This document shows, one piece after another, positions 16,865-26,767 of a DNA stretch of 64,000 nt (the first letter of the stretch is position 1; every line of letters starts with the position of its first letter). This stretch comes from an uncultured Gammaproteobacteria bacterium (GTDB taxonomy: Bacteria; Patescibacteriota; Microgenomatia; UBA8517). Location of the stretch: positions 169,522 to 233,521 of the forward strand of contig CAZGEA010000001.1 in the NCBI GenBank assembly GCA_964524515.1, read 5' to 3'. A program made the translations under genes and the position numbers. The notes beneath the pieces are model-generated. The model saw only the letters and a program-made list of their open reading frames with translations. It had not been told where the DNA came from and ran no database searches.

Positions 16865-17669
16865 CATAATTGAATTTTTATCATTTAGTTTTATCCTTAA
16901 AGGAATTCTTGCCGGTTTAATAATTGGCATAATAGCCCCATATATCGGATCGTTTATAGTCCCTAAAAGATATGCACTAATTTCCGACACACTTTCTCAT
17001 GTAGCCTTACTTGGTGTTTCAATGGGAGTATTACTTGGCATTATGCCCACAATCTCAGCAATTGTTGTTACTGTTGTTTTAAGTATTTTAATAGAAAAAT
17101 TAAGATCTTCCGAAAAAATACAAGGCGATACATTACTTGCTGTTTTTCTAAACGCAAGTTTGTCATTAGCACTTATTTTTATAAGTATTTCAAAAAATAC
17201 TTCAATAAACATTCAATCATATTTGTTTGGAAGTATTACAACTGTCACGAATTTAGAATTAACAACAATATTTATAGTAGGGTCAATCGTCTTTTTTATT
17301 TTACTAATACTAACAAAAGAATTAATTTTTATTACATATGATGAAGAGAATGCAATCGCACAAGGAATTCCAGTTAATATAATTAATTCAGTTCTAATTG
17401 CATCAACCGCTACAATTATCGCTCTTTCAATCCAAATAATCGGTGCATTACTAATTGGAGCATTAATTGTTCTTCCTACAATCGCTTCCTCACTTATTTC
17501 AAGAAATACACTAGAATTCAGAATTTATGCTATATTATTTGGTCTAGTAGCAGTAGTATCAGGAATACTAATTTCATATTCATTCAATCTCCCTACTGGA
17601 TCAGTTATAGCACTAATTTGTACCATGGAATTAATTTTAACTAGTTTGTTTAAAAAAATAATTAAATAA
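16854..17669 (+). CDS. znuB: metal ABC transporter permease
   Basis: Polytopic membrane protein overlapping znuC by 11 nt. ABC-3 family-like. Confidence 0.75.
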   Translation: MITNIIEFLSFSFILKGILAGLIIGIIAPYIGSFIVPKRYALISDTLSHVALLGVSMGVLLGIMPTISAIVVTVVLSILIEKLRSSEKIQGDTLLAVFLNASLSLALIFISISKNTSINIQSYLFGSITTVTNLELTTIFIVGSIVFFILLILTKELIFITYDEENAIAQGIPVNIINSVLIASTATIIALSIQIIGALLIGALIVLPTIASSLISRNTLEFRIYAILFGLVAVVSGILISYSFNLPTGSVIALICTMELILTSLFKKIIK

Positions 17670-18784
17670 TGTTTCAGTCATTTGAAGAAAAAACCTACAA
17701 ATCATTAATTAAACCAATCCTATTTAATTTTGATCCAGAAACTGTTCACGAATTAATGCTTTCATTTGGAGAAATTAGCCCAAATATTCCAATATTTAAT
17801 AATTATTTAAAATCAGTACATTCTAAGAAATTTAAGAATTTAAATCAAAAAATAAAAAATATAAATTTTGATTTGCCAATTGGTTTATCAGCGGGTTTTG
17901 ATTATGAAGCAAAGTTAACGCAAGCACTTCCCCTATTAGGTTTCGGTTTTGGAACAATCGGGACAATAACTAACAATGCATATATTGGAAATCAAAAGCC
18001 AAGACTTGCAAGACTTCCAAAATCTAAATCACTTTTAGTAAACAAAGGATTTAAAAATAACGGGATAGATAGAATTTTATTAAAACTTAAAAATCACAAT
18101 TTCAGTATTCCAATTGGCATTAGCATAGGTAGAACTAATACACCACTATTCAAAAACTTAACCGAAGCAATTCAAGACATAAAAACATCGTTTAAAAAAA
18201 TAGAGAATAGTAATATAAATTTTTCATATTACGAATTAAACATTAGTTGTCCAAATTTAAATGGAAATATTGATTTTTATAGACCTCAAAATCTTAAAAA
18301 ATTACTAACAGAAATTGATAATATAAAATTAAAAAAACCACTTTTTATAAAAATGCCAATTAACAATTCAGATAATGATCAATTAAAAATGCTAAAAATA
18401 ATTTCTCAAAGTAAAGCGATAGGTGTTATATATGGAAACTTACAAAAAGATAGAACAAACAATTCATTTGATAAAAGTGAAATTAAAAATGCAACCAAAG
18501 GTAATTTTAGTGGATTACCAACACAAAAAAGATCAAATGAATTAATATCCATGTGTTATAAAAAATTTGGCAAAAGATTTATTATTGTTGGATGTGGCGG
18601 TGTCTTTACAGCAACGGATGCCTATGAAAAAATTAAAAATGGTGCAACTATAATTCAAATGATTACAGGTTTAATCTACAATGGCCCACAAGTTGTTGCT
18701 CAAATTAATAAAGAATTAAGTTTTTTAATTAAAAAAGATGGTTATAAATCAATCAGTGAAGCAATTGGTAAAAATATTAACTAA
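17669..18784 (+). CDS. pyrD: dihydroorotate dehydrogenase, class 2-like
   Basis: LSAGFD, GFGFGTIGT, PRLARL, VNKGFKNNG, ELNISCPN and GCGGV motifs. Confidence 0.8.
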   Translation: MFQSFEEKTYKSLIKPILFNFDPETVHELMLSFGEISPNIPIFNNYLKSVHSKKFKNLNQKIKNINFDLPIGLSAGFDYEAKLTQALPLLGFGFGTIGTITNNAYIGNQKPRLARLPKSKSLLVNKGFKNNGIDRILLKLKNHNFSIPIGISIGRTNTPLFKNLTEAIQDIKTSFKKIENSNINFSYYELNISCPNLNGNIDFYRPQNLKKLLTEIDNIKLKKPLFIKMPINNSDNDQLKMLKIISQSKAIGVIYGNLQKDRTNNSFDKSEIKNATKGNFSGLPTQKRSNELISMCYKKFGKRFIIVGCGGVFTATDAYEKIKNGATIIQMITGLIYNGPQVVAQINKELSFLIKKDGYKSISEAIGKNIN

Positions 18785-19139
18785 TATATTTTTTAACCTT
18801 TTCAACCACCTGCTCTGGTGTAAACATTGCTTTAGCCAAATACTCTTTTACTCCAAGATTTTCCATTTGACGTGCTTTAATCTGTTGAGCTAGATTAGTT
18901 AAAACAACAATTGGTATAGTACTGGTTGACGCATTATCATGAAGTTTTTGAACCAAAATATCTCCTGTAATTTTAGGCAACATCATATCTAACAAGATAA
19001 CATCAGGATTTTGTTCAACCGCAAATTTAAGGCCATCTTCACCGTTATACGCAGTAATCACTTCAAAACCAGAAAATGAAAACTTTGCCTCATACATTTT
19101 AGAGAGAGCAAGATCATCTTCAATTATTAATACCTTCAC
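18777..19139 (-). CDS. stand-alone response-regulator receiver domain protein (CheY-like)
   Basis: MKVLIIEDD ... DVILLDMMLP ... PIVVLT ... K. No output domain. Confidence 0.7.
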   Translation of the reverse strand: MKVLIIEDDLALSKMYEAKFSFSGFEVITAYNGEDGLKFAVEQNPDVILLDMMLPKITGDILVQKLHDNASTSTIPIVVLTNLAQQIKARQMENLGVKEYLAKAMFTPEQVVEKVKKYIS

Positions 19140-19193
19140 AAAATAACTCTACACCCGCTGTCTTAATAATTCAAACGATGATATTATTGGTAA

Positions 19194-20474
19194 ATGGAAA
19201 AACAATATTTATTAGAAGAAATAAATGGTGCAAAAGTATTTTTATATCCTATCAAAGAAGTAAAAACAGTATTAATAAAAGTATTAATAAAAGCTGGTTC
19301 TTGGTACGAAGATAACCAATGGGGAAAACTACATTTACTTGAACATTTAATCCATCACGGATCAAAAAATTTTCCTTCAAGAAAAGAATTAGAAATATAC
19401 AAAGAAAATTTTGGTTTAAGTCAAAACGCATGGACTGGTGGCGAATCAATGGGAATATGGGTAGAAGCCCCAGATGAATGCGTAAACGAAGGAATATTTT
19501 TGGCTAATGAACTGTTGTTTAATAGCAATCTTAATCCAGAAAGAATTGAAAAAGAAATAAAAGTTATATCACAAGAATTTAATGGAAAATGGAGCAATCC
19601 ATACAATAGATTTGATAAAAATATGAACAAAATGATATATGGAGACTCAATCTACATTAGAGATGGTATGGGTGACCCTAAAAATTTAAAAGGAGTCGAC
19701 AGTGAAACACTTCAAAAATTATATAAAAAATTCTTTCAACCACAAAACATGATTATTTCAATTGTTGGAAATTTCAACACAGGAAAAATAAAAGAATCAT
19801 TATCAAAAATGTTAAATGACGTTAAAAATATTAGTGCAGAAAAAACAATCGAACCAAAACCAGAAATAATTAAACAAACTCAAAATTATCTATGGCACAA
19901 AGAAGAAATTGATCAAGTCAATATAAATTTATTATTCAGAACAAAAGGAAAAAACGAACTATCAATTGATGATCGAGTTAAATACAGAGTTGGATCATAT
20001 ATATTAGGTAATTCATCTAGATCACTTTTATATAAAAAATTACGCGAAGAAAATGCACTAGTTTACTCAGTAAATTCATCTACAATGCTACTTCCAACGA
20101 TAGGAATGATTGGTGTTAACGCTGCAACATCGCTTGAAAATGCTTTAAATGCCTCCAAGATAATGTTTTCAGTAACTCAAAGTCTTTCAAAATTAACTAT
20201 AAGTGATGAAGACTTTCAAAGGGCGATTAAATTCGTTAAATATAAAACAACAACTTCTTACGATTCAGTTGAAGGAATAGCGTCCGATTCTTCAAATTTT
20301 ATTTTTTCAAATGGCTATTATCTTGATCTAGACGACTACGCAAAAATAATTGAAAAAACAAAATTAAAAGATATTCAAAACGTTTATGAAGAAATAATAA
20401 ACAAAAACAATCTACAAATTGGAATTTTATCAAAAGTTGATCCTAAAATAAATATTGAAGAAATTAGTTCTTAA
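19194..20474 (+). CDS. M16-family zinc peptidase (insulinase-like)
   Basis: Inverted zinc motif HLLEH at the N-terminus. Length is M16-like. Confidence 0.7.
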   Translation: MEKQYLLEEINGAKVFLYPIKEVKTVLIKVLIKAGSWYEDNQWGKLHLLEHLIHHGSKNFPSRKELEIYKENFGLSQNAWTGGESMGIWVEAPDECVNEGIFLANELLFNSNLNPERIEKEIKVISQEFNGKWSNPYNRFDKNMNKMIYGDSIYIRDGMGDPKNLKGVDSETLQKLYKKFFQPQNMIISIVGNFNTGKIKESLSKMLNDVKNISAEKTIEPKPEIIKQTQNYLWHKEEIDQVNINLLFRTKGKNELSIDDRVKYRVGSYILGNSSRSLLYKKLREENALVYSVNSSTMLLPTIGMIGVNAATSLENALNASKIMFSVTQSLSKLTISDEDFQRAIKFVKYKTTTSYDSVEGIASDSSNFIFSNGYYLDLDDYAKIIEKTKLKDIQNVYEEIINKNNLQIGILSKVDPKINIEEISS

Positions 20475-20970
20475 TTTTATTTTCTCCGAAATCAATTATT
20501 TCAAAATTTTTCCCATTAATTATACAAACAGTTTCAGGATTTGGATAATCATATAACTTTGATTCATCAAAACTATTCTCCAATAGCAAATGTTTTAAAG
20601 CAGCAATTACAGCACCATGTGTAATAATAATCACAGCGTTATAATTTTTTTTATTAATTTCATCTAAAAAATCAACTACTCTATTTTTTAAATCATCAAC
20701 TGATTCATTGTACATTTCATTAAGTCTTGAATCATATACAAAATCCTTTCCAGATTCACGATTTATGATTTTAGTAGTTTGTCTTGCTCTTAATATTTTT
20801 GAAGAATAATTAGCCTCAGTTTTTATATTTTTAAAATAATTACCAATTTTTTTAATCTGTGGGTATGTAGACTTTGCAAGTCTTGCAACAAGTACTTTAT
20901 CTCCGTATTCTAATTTATTCTTAGTATAAAAAGTATGTCCGTGACGAACAATATAATATGTCGTGTTCAT
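20464..20970 (-). CDS. histidine phosphatase family protein (phosphoglycerate-mutase-like)
   Basis: N-terminal RHGHT catalytic motif and a downstream H in ITHGAVI. Confidence 0.65.
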   Translation of the reverse strand: MNTTYYIVRHGHTFYTKNKLEYGDKVLVARLAKSTYPQIKKIGNYFKNIKTEANYSSKILRARQTTKIINRESGKDFVYDSRLNEMYNESVDDLKNRVVDFLDEINKKNYNAVIIITHGAVIAALKHLLLENSFDESKLYDYPNPETVCIINGKNFEIIDFGENKIKN

Positions 20971-20976
20971 TAAAAA

Positions 20977-21666
20977 TTATTTCTCTTCAATCTCAATACT
21001 TAATATCTTAACTGGGTTAACTGGAGTTGAAACTTCACCACCAAATGAAGGTTTCACTTGTGCTGTTGCTATTTTATCAACTACATCAATTCCATCAGTT
21101 ACTTTACCAAAAATAACATAAGCATGAGGCAAATTGTAATCATTATGCATTATAAAAAACTGACTACCGTTTGTGTTTGCTCCTGCATTTGCCATTGCAA
21201 TTGTCCCACGAACATAACTACCTTTAAATTCTTCATCATCAAACCTATATCCTGGTCCCCCTCTACCTGTTCCCTCCGGGTCTCCTCCTTGAATCATAAA
21301 ATCTTCAATTACTCTATGAAAAATAGTGTTATCGTAAAATCCTTCACGAGCCAAAAAAACAAAATTATTTACTGTAACTGGAGTCTCACTAGCATTCAAA
21401 AGAATTGAAATTTTCCCTTCAGTTGTATTTAATACTGCAGTATATTTTTTACTTTTATCAATTAACATTTCTGGTTGTTTTGTCCAATTTTTATTCATAT
21501 TAGAGTTATAGTCTAAAGTCTTTTCTTCTGGTTTATTTGTCTCAATTGCTTTTGATTGATTTAAACTGTAAGAATCAGAATTATAACTTTTATTTAGAAA
21601 ATATACAATCAAAACAACTGAAAAAATTATTAAAGATAAAACTCCAACTAAATATTTTTTATTCAT
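20977..21666 (-). CDS. membrane-anchored cyclophilin-type peptidyl-prolyl cis-trans isomerase
   Basis: N-terminal TM helix. Cyclophilin motifs FHRVIEDFMIQGGD, GTIAMAN and GSQFFI. Confidence 0.85.
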   Translation of the reverse strand: MNKKYLVGVLSLIIFSVVLIVYFLNKSYNSDSYSLNQSKAIETNKPEEKTLDYNSNMNKNWTKQPEMLIDKSKKYTAVLNTTEGKISILLNASETPVTVNNFVFLAREGFYDNTIFHRVIEDFMIQGGDPEGTGRGGPGYRFDDEEFKGSYVRGTIAMANAGANTNGSQFFIMHNDYNLPHAYVIFGKVTDGIDVVDKIATAQVKPSFGGEVSTPVNPVKILSIEIEEK

Positions 21667-22994
21667 TACTTTCTTACAACAGTATAAGTCATTGGATGAA
21701 AAAGGAAAACTGCAGGAGCCTCTTCAAGCAAATATCTCTGAAAATCCAAGTAAATCTTTTTACGTTTCTCTTGATCAGTTTCCAATCTTCCATCTTCTAA
21801 CAATTTATCAATTCTTGGATTTGAAAAGTTTGAAATATTAGTTTCTTTTTGAGTAGAATGCCACAAAGTATATTGATCAGGATCACTTGATGCATCATAG
21901 AATGCCAAAAATGCATCATAATTTGATGGTTTAACTGATGTAACTTTCAAATCAACATCTATTCCCATAGATCTCCAATCATTGGCAATCTTCTCACCAA
22001 TTGAAAGTAATGCAGATGTCGTAAATAAATTTATTTTTGGTTTTGAATCTTTAGATTTTTTAACAAATGAAGAAACCAACTCTGTTGCTCTTTTTTTATC
22101 ATAATCATATGGCTTAACTTGAGAATTATATGCCCATGAAGATGGGAAAATTGGACTAATTGCACGATTTGATGAAATTGCAGATTTATCAATTGCATAC
22201 GATAACCCCTGTCTCAATTCTTTATTATTATAAAATAACGAATTTTCACCGGAGTTAAAAAATACAGCTGCAAATCTTCTATCCATTTTTCTTGAACTTA
22301 CATCAACTGTTTTCCAGTTATCAAACGAAGTCACATCGGTTAAACCATCAATATTGTTTATTTGACCAAGTTGAAATGCCAATTTTGCTCTATCTTCTGA
22401 TGGATAAAATATAAAATATTTAATTTTTTCACCATTTTGTATTTTAATTTCAGAAACAACCTCACCATTCACAGACAAAGAAACCACTCTCCAATCACCA
22501 TTTCCCAATAATCCTCTTTTAAAAACAGGACGAGAAAGAAGTGTAGGAAAAGGCGAAAAAGGACTTGAAAGTTTAAACTTAAGTGTATATTCATCCACTT
22601 TTTCAACAGCTACTCCATCATAAGAATAATTTATCGAACCTGAATCAATCACTGTCCCATCTTGCCATTTATTATTTTTTTCAATATGAAAAGTCCATTC
22701 TTTACCATCAATACTTGGCTCCCAATCTTTAGCCAAATCAGACTTTAACAAACCGTCATCACTAACTTTAACTAATCCACGACTAATAAGTGAAGTAACT
22801 GATAAAGGCAAATTGTCTTGAGAATATCTGCCAACCAATCCAATTTTTTCTATATTTGTTCCAACTTTCGAATTAATAAAAGGAATAACAAGAAGTGCAA
22901 TCAAAAAACTTCCAGCACTAACTAAAACTACAGTAAACGAAAAACGTTTAGTAAATGCTGACACTAGCCTTAATATGTAGCGTAAACGCTTCAT
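21666..22994 (-). CDS. ABC transporter substrate-binding protein, family 5 (peptide/nickel-like)
   Basis: N-terminal TM/signal sequence. Length and sequence resemble SBP_bac_5. Confidence 0.6.
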   Translation of the reverse strand: MKRLRYILRLVSAFTKRFSFTVVLVSAGSFLIALLVIPFINSKVGTNIEKIGLVGRYSQDNLPLSVTSLISRGLVKVSDDGLLKSDLAKDWEPSIDGKEWTFHIEKNNKWQDGTVIDSGSINYSYDGVAVEKVDEYTLKFKLSSPFSPFPTLLSRPVFKRGLLGNGDWRVVSLSVNGEVVSEIKIQNGEKIKYFIFYPSEDRAKLAFQLGQINNIDGLTDVTSFDNWKTVDVSSRKMDRRFAAVFFNSGENSLFYNNKELRQGLSYAIDKSAISSNRAISPIFPSSWAYNSQVKPYDYDKKRATELVSSFVKKSKDSKPKINLFTTSALLSIGEKIANDWRSMGIDVDLKVTSVKPSNYDAFLAFYDASSDPDQYTLWHSTQKETNISNFSNPRIDKLLEDGRLETDQEKRKKIYLDFQRYLLEEAPAVFLFHPMTYTVVRK

Positions 22995-23006
22995 TGGGGC
23001 AAATTT

Positions 23007-23255
23007 TTATAAAATAAATGATAACAAAGAAACAAAAACGAATAAAAAAGCAAAAACAAAAGTTGCTCTAAATATAACAACTTCTAATCCACGCTTTGAA
23101 AAAGACATATTCCATCCTCCCCAAACTCTCCCCAAACCATTTCCTTTAACTTGTACCAATATTAATCCCAAAAGCACAAGTCCAACAAATATTTGAATTA
23201 TAAATAAACCATTTCCCATAAAGCTATTATACATCAATGATTTGAAACTAACCAA
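23007..23255 (-). CDS. secG: preprotein translocase subunit SecG
   Basis: Two TM helices flanking LVQVKGNGLGRVWGG, which matches the SecG LLQ.GKG.GL..FGG motif. Confidence 0.55.
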   Translation of the reverse strand: MVSFKSLMYNSFMGNGLFIIQIFVGLVLLGLILVQVKGNGLGRVWGGWNMSFSKRGLEVVIFRATFVFAFLFVFVSLLSFIL

Positions 23256-23647
23256 TGAAATACACCTGCAATCACAGATATTACAAATGCAAAGGCAACA
23301 ATAGATAAAACACCAGGATATAATGAAATTTCTGGAATATCAAAAAGATTAGATGAAAAACCAACATATTTAAAAGCTCCAATTGCAAATTCAGTTGTCA
23401 TAACAAGTGTCGCTAAATATAAAACTACAAGGTTTCCAACCCATCTAAAAAAATTTAAAGTCACTAAATTAAGTGGCAAAAGTAAAACATTAACAACAGG
23501 TTTAATAACAAATGAAGAAATCGACAAAAAAGCGCCAGTTATAAACAAACTCAATAATCCTCTTTTAAATTCCATTCCACTAACCAGAACTGATGCAAAA
23601 TAAAGTGCACCTATCTGGATAAAAATGTTTCTTAATATTCTCTTCAT
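23234..23647 (-). CDS. YvlD / Phage_holin_4_2-family four-TM membrane protein
   Basis: Four predicted TM helices. The resemblance is to the PF04020-type family. Confidence 0.4.
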   Translation of the reverse strand: MKRILRNIFIQIGALYFASVLVSGMEFKRGLLSLFITGAFLSISSFVIKPVVNVLLLPLNLVTLNFFRWVGNLVVLYLATLVMTTEFAIGAFKYVGFSSNLFDIPEISLYPGVLSIVAFAFVISVIAGVFHWLVSNH

Positions 23648-24954
23648 TTACTTTTAGTATCCGCCCCTAATAAACTTTTAGCAACTAATTTATGGTGATA
23701 ACGCCTTGCAAATCTATGCGCCTCATCGCGAATTCTTTGCAAAAGATACAATGCATTTCCACGAGGCAATCTTATCTCACGAAAACCAATTGAAGTTGGA
23801 ATAACAAGTGTCTCAAATCTTTTAGCAAGGCCAATATAGGCAATTTTTCCATCTAAATATTCACTTACTGATGAAATTTGCCCTTTCCCGCCATCAATAA
23901 TAATCAAATCAGGTACTCCAAAATCATCCAATCTATTCATTCTTCTTTCAATAACTTCTCGCATTGCAGCATAATCATCTGATTTAATTGGTGATTTTAT
24001 TTTAAAATGTCTATAAAAAGTTTTATCTGGTTCTCCATTTATAAAAGTTACCATTGATGCAGTTGTTTGATTTCCAGAAATATGTGCTATATCAAAACAT
24101 TCAATTCTCTTAATTTTCAAATTCGGATAAAACGGTTCCAATATTTTTGATAATTCTTTTAATTCCTTCTCACGAATATCAATTAACAAATTTGGATTTT
24201 CAACATACTCATGTGGGTGATTACGTGGAATCATGAATGAATTTAAAAGTTCAATATCTTTTTTAATTTCATTTGCCAATTCAAAATTTTCGCTCTTTGA
24301 AAAATCCTTCATCTCTCGATCCAAATCATCGATCAATTTTCTAATCTCACCAGACATTATTTTTTTAATTTTTGAAATATTCCACAAATATCTTCTACGA
24401 AGTTTTTTCTTTATATCAATATCAGTAGTTTGAGATACAAAACTTGGACAAGGATTACACAATCCAATTTGAGAATAAATACAAGCTTTTTTTGACAATT
24501 TATGATCAGAATAAGGAAACACTCTTCTTATTTTTTTCATAATTCTACGAAGAGTTAATGATGATTTAAATGGCCCATATAAATCAGTCAATTCATCTGT
24601 ATTAATTTGAGTTTTTCTCAAATAAACAATTCTTGGGTACAACTCTTTTGTCACACCAACATACAATGGAGACTTATCATCTTTTAATTCAATATTAAAT
24701 TTAGGCATATATTTCCGAACCATTGAAGCTTCAAGCAATTCACTTTCAAAATCAGAGGAAACTTCAATATAATCAAGTGTTTGAGCAACAGATAACATTG
24801 CTTTTGTTTTTATTTCAATTGTTGAATCAAAATATGAAGAAAGTCGTGATCTTAAATTTTTTGCCTTTCCAATATAAATTGGAATTCCATCAATATCTCG
24901 ATAAATATATACACCAGAATTCTCAGGAATTTTAGACAAATTTGGTTTAATCAT
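23644..24954 (-). CDS. uvrC: excinuclease ABC subunit C, short form lacking C-terminal HhH region
   Basis: GIY-YIG (GVYIYRD...IYIGKAKNLRSRLSSY) and UvrC endonuclease motif LIIIDGGKGQ. At 436 aa it is shorter than the typical ~600. Confidence 0.85.
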   Translation of the reverse strand: MIKPNLSKIPENSGVYIYRDIDGIPIYIGKAKNLRSRLSSYFDSTIEIKTKAMLSVAQTLDYIEVSSDFESELLEASMVRKYMPKFNIELKDDKSPLYVGVTKELYPRIVYLRKTQINTDELTDLYGPFKSSLTLRRIMKKIRRVFPYSDHKLSKKACIYSQIGLCNPCPSFVSQTTDIDIKKKLRRRYLWNISKIKKIMSGEIRKLIDDLDREMKDFSKSENFELANEIKKDIELLNSFMIPRNHPHEYVENPNLLIDIREKELKELSKILEPFYPNLKIKRIECFDIAHISGNQTTASMVTFINGEPDKTFYRHFKIKSPIKSDDYAAMREVIERRMNRLDDFGVPDLIIIDGGKGQISSVSEYLDGKIAYIGLAKRFETLVIPTSIGFREIRLPRGNALYLLQRIRDEAHRFARRYHHKLVAKSLLGADTKSK

Positions 24955-26765
24955 TTATTTTTTCTTAATTTAAGATATAAAAATATAATTAATAAAACTA
25001 CTGGTACAAAACCTACAATAAATAAATGAAATAAAAGTTTATTTAGTGGAGTATTCGATACGATTCTATTATCACTATATAAAATTGAAATTGATTTTGG
25101 TAATTTCCAAAAATTATTGATTCCCACAGGAATCCTCTCTTTAATCAAAATACTTTGAAACGGCAGCAATGTAGAAATTTTTTCAGTTTTAAATTTATCT
25201 GAATCAATATCAATTTGATATTCCCAATTATAAATTGCAGTATTTGTATTATTCTTAATCTTCACCAAATAATATTCACCAAAAACTGGAAATTTAGTTT
25301 CATAACCAACTTCAACATCTACTTCATTTTTATTTTCAGGTAATTTTCCAAAAATAATTTGTATATCTTTTTGTGGAACAGTTCCAGATTTATACGATCC
25401 AGCAGGGTAAGGGTATTTTGAATCAATTCCATGTGTTACAAAGGCAAAATGTCTTAAATCAAAATTTGAAAAAAAGTCAACACCGCCAGTTGTATTTCCC
25501 CAAGTTGGATCAACAGAAATCCATAATTGTTTTTCATCATCAAAATATTCAGGCCATGCATGTAAAACATCTTCAACCAATGACAATGGTTCACGTCCCG
25601 GATTTTCAGTATACCCATATCCATTTATCTCACGAGCCGGTATTCCACTTGCCCTACTTATTGCAATAAATAAATCAGTAAATTCAGTACAAAGCGCTTT
25701 ATCAGTGGAACTTAAAATTGTTTTTGCTCCCAATCTTTTAGTTGGATTACTTATTTTTGTAAAATCGTATTTCAAACTCTTTACTACATAGTCATAAATA
25801 TCTCGTGGTGTTTTAAGTTTTGATGCAATTTCAACAATCTGTGGGTCATTTGATTCCCAATATTCTTTTGGTTCCAGATATCTTTTTCTTTGTTCACTTG
25901 TTAATAACTCTTTTTTAATAGCGCTAGGAAAAATTTGAACTGAACCATTTGTTTTTACATCAATATTCTCTTGCGGTGAAATCTCATATTCAGCAATCCA
26001 ATTTCCATCTTCATCAACATACATATTTGATGGAACGGGATCAATTTTTGAATAATACATCCGCTGGTAGGCTGTATCAGGAGGCAATGCAATTGAAGTC
26101 CTAGCCTTCTTTTTTAATGGATTATATAAATGATAATTTATTGAGAAAGTAAAAACCTGAAATTTTCCGAAAGTTGAAAAAATTCCCTGTCTTGATGCTA
26201 AATCTGAATTAAACTTATAAATATTACGATTAGAAACAGAAGAAACAGATACAGGATTTGGAGACATATAAGCTACTTCAAAATTTCCAGGAACCGACAT
26301 TGAAACATCGAAATAGTCAAAATGTGAAACATCTATTTTGGGAATTGTCACCTCCCAAATATCACCATTTTTATGAGCAAATTCATAACTTGTATAAGTT
26401 AAAATAAATTCTTGTGAATTATCCTTTCCCAAAACAGGATTATCAAAATTAACATTCACGGATGTTTTATCTTGATCTTTTGTACTACTAAATGGAATAT
26501 TAATTCCACCTCTATCTTTTACAAAAATCTCTTTCGGATCAGTACTACTTAAAAAAATAGAATAACTAGATGCATACAAATCAGTTTGAAGATTTGTTAA
26601 CTTAAATTTTAAATTAACAATTGCTTTTCCATTTTCATAAATTTCATAAGATGAAGAAAGTTCACTTCTAAAATTCTTTTGAGCAAATACATCTGGAACT
26701 TGTAAAAAAAATGAAAAAAATAAAGATAAAAAAACAAATAAAAATATTTTCTTAAACATAACCAA
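24951..26765 (-). CDS. secreted, C-terminally membrane-anchored transglutaminase-like domain protein
   Basis: Signal peptide. Transglutaminase-core-like KALCTEFTDLFIAISRASGIPAR with conserved Cys. C-terminal TM helix. Confidence 0.6.
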   Translation of the reverse strand: MVMFKKIFLFVFLSLFFSFFLQVPDVFAQKNFRSELSSSYEIYENGKAIVNLKFKLTNLQTDLYASSYSIFLSSTDPKEIFVKDRGGINIPFSSTKDQDKTSVNVNFDNPVLGKDNSQEFILTYTSYEFAHKNGDIWEVTIPKIDVSHFDYFDVSMSVPGNFEVAYMSPNPVSVSSVSNRNIYKFNSDLASRQGIFSTFGKFQVFTFSINYHLYNPLKKKARTSIALPPDTAYQRMYYSKIDPVPSNMYVDEDGNWIAEYEISPQENIDVKTNGSVQIFPSAIKKELLTSEQRKRYLEPKEYWESNDPQIVEIASKLKTPRDIYDYVVKSLKYDFTKISNPTKRLGAKTILSSTDKALCTEFTDLFIAISRASGIPAREINGYGYTENPGREPLSLVEDVLHAWPEYFDDEKQLWISVDPTWGNTTGGVDFFSNFDLRHFAFVTHGIDSKYPYPAGSYKSGTVPQKDIQIIFGKLPENKNEVDVEVGYETKFPVFGEYYLVKIKNNTNTAIYNWEYQIDIDSDKFKTEKISTLLPFQSILIKERIPVGINNFWKLPKSISILYSDNRIVSNTPLNKLLFHLFIVGFVPVVLLIIFLYLKLRKNK

Positions 26766-26767
26766 TT

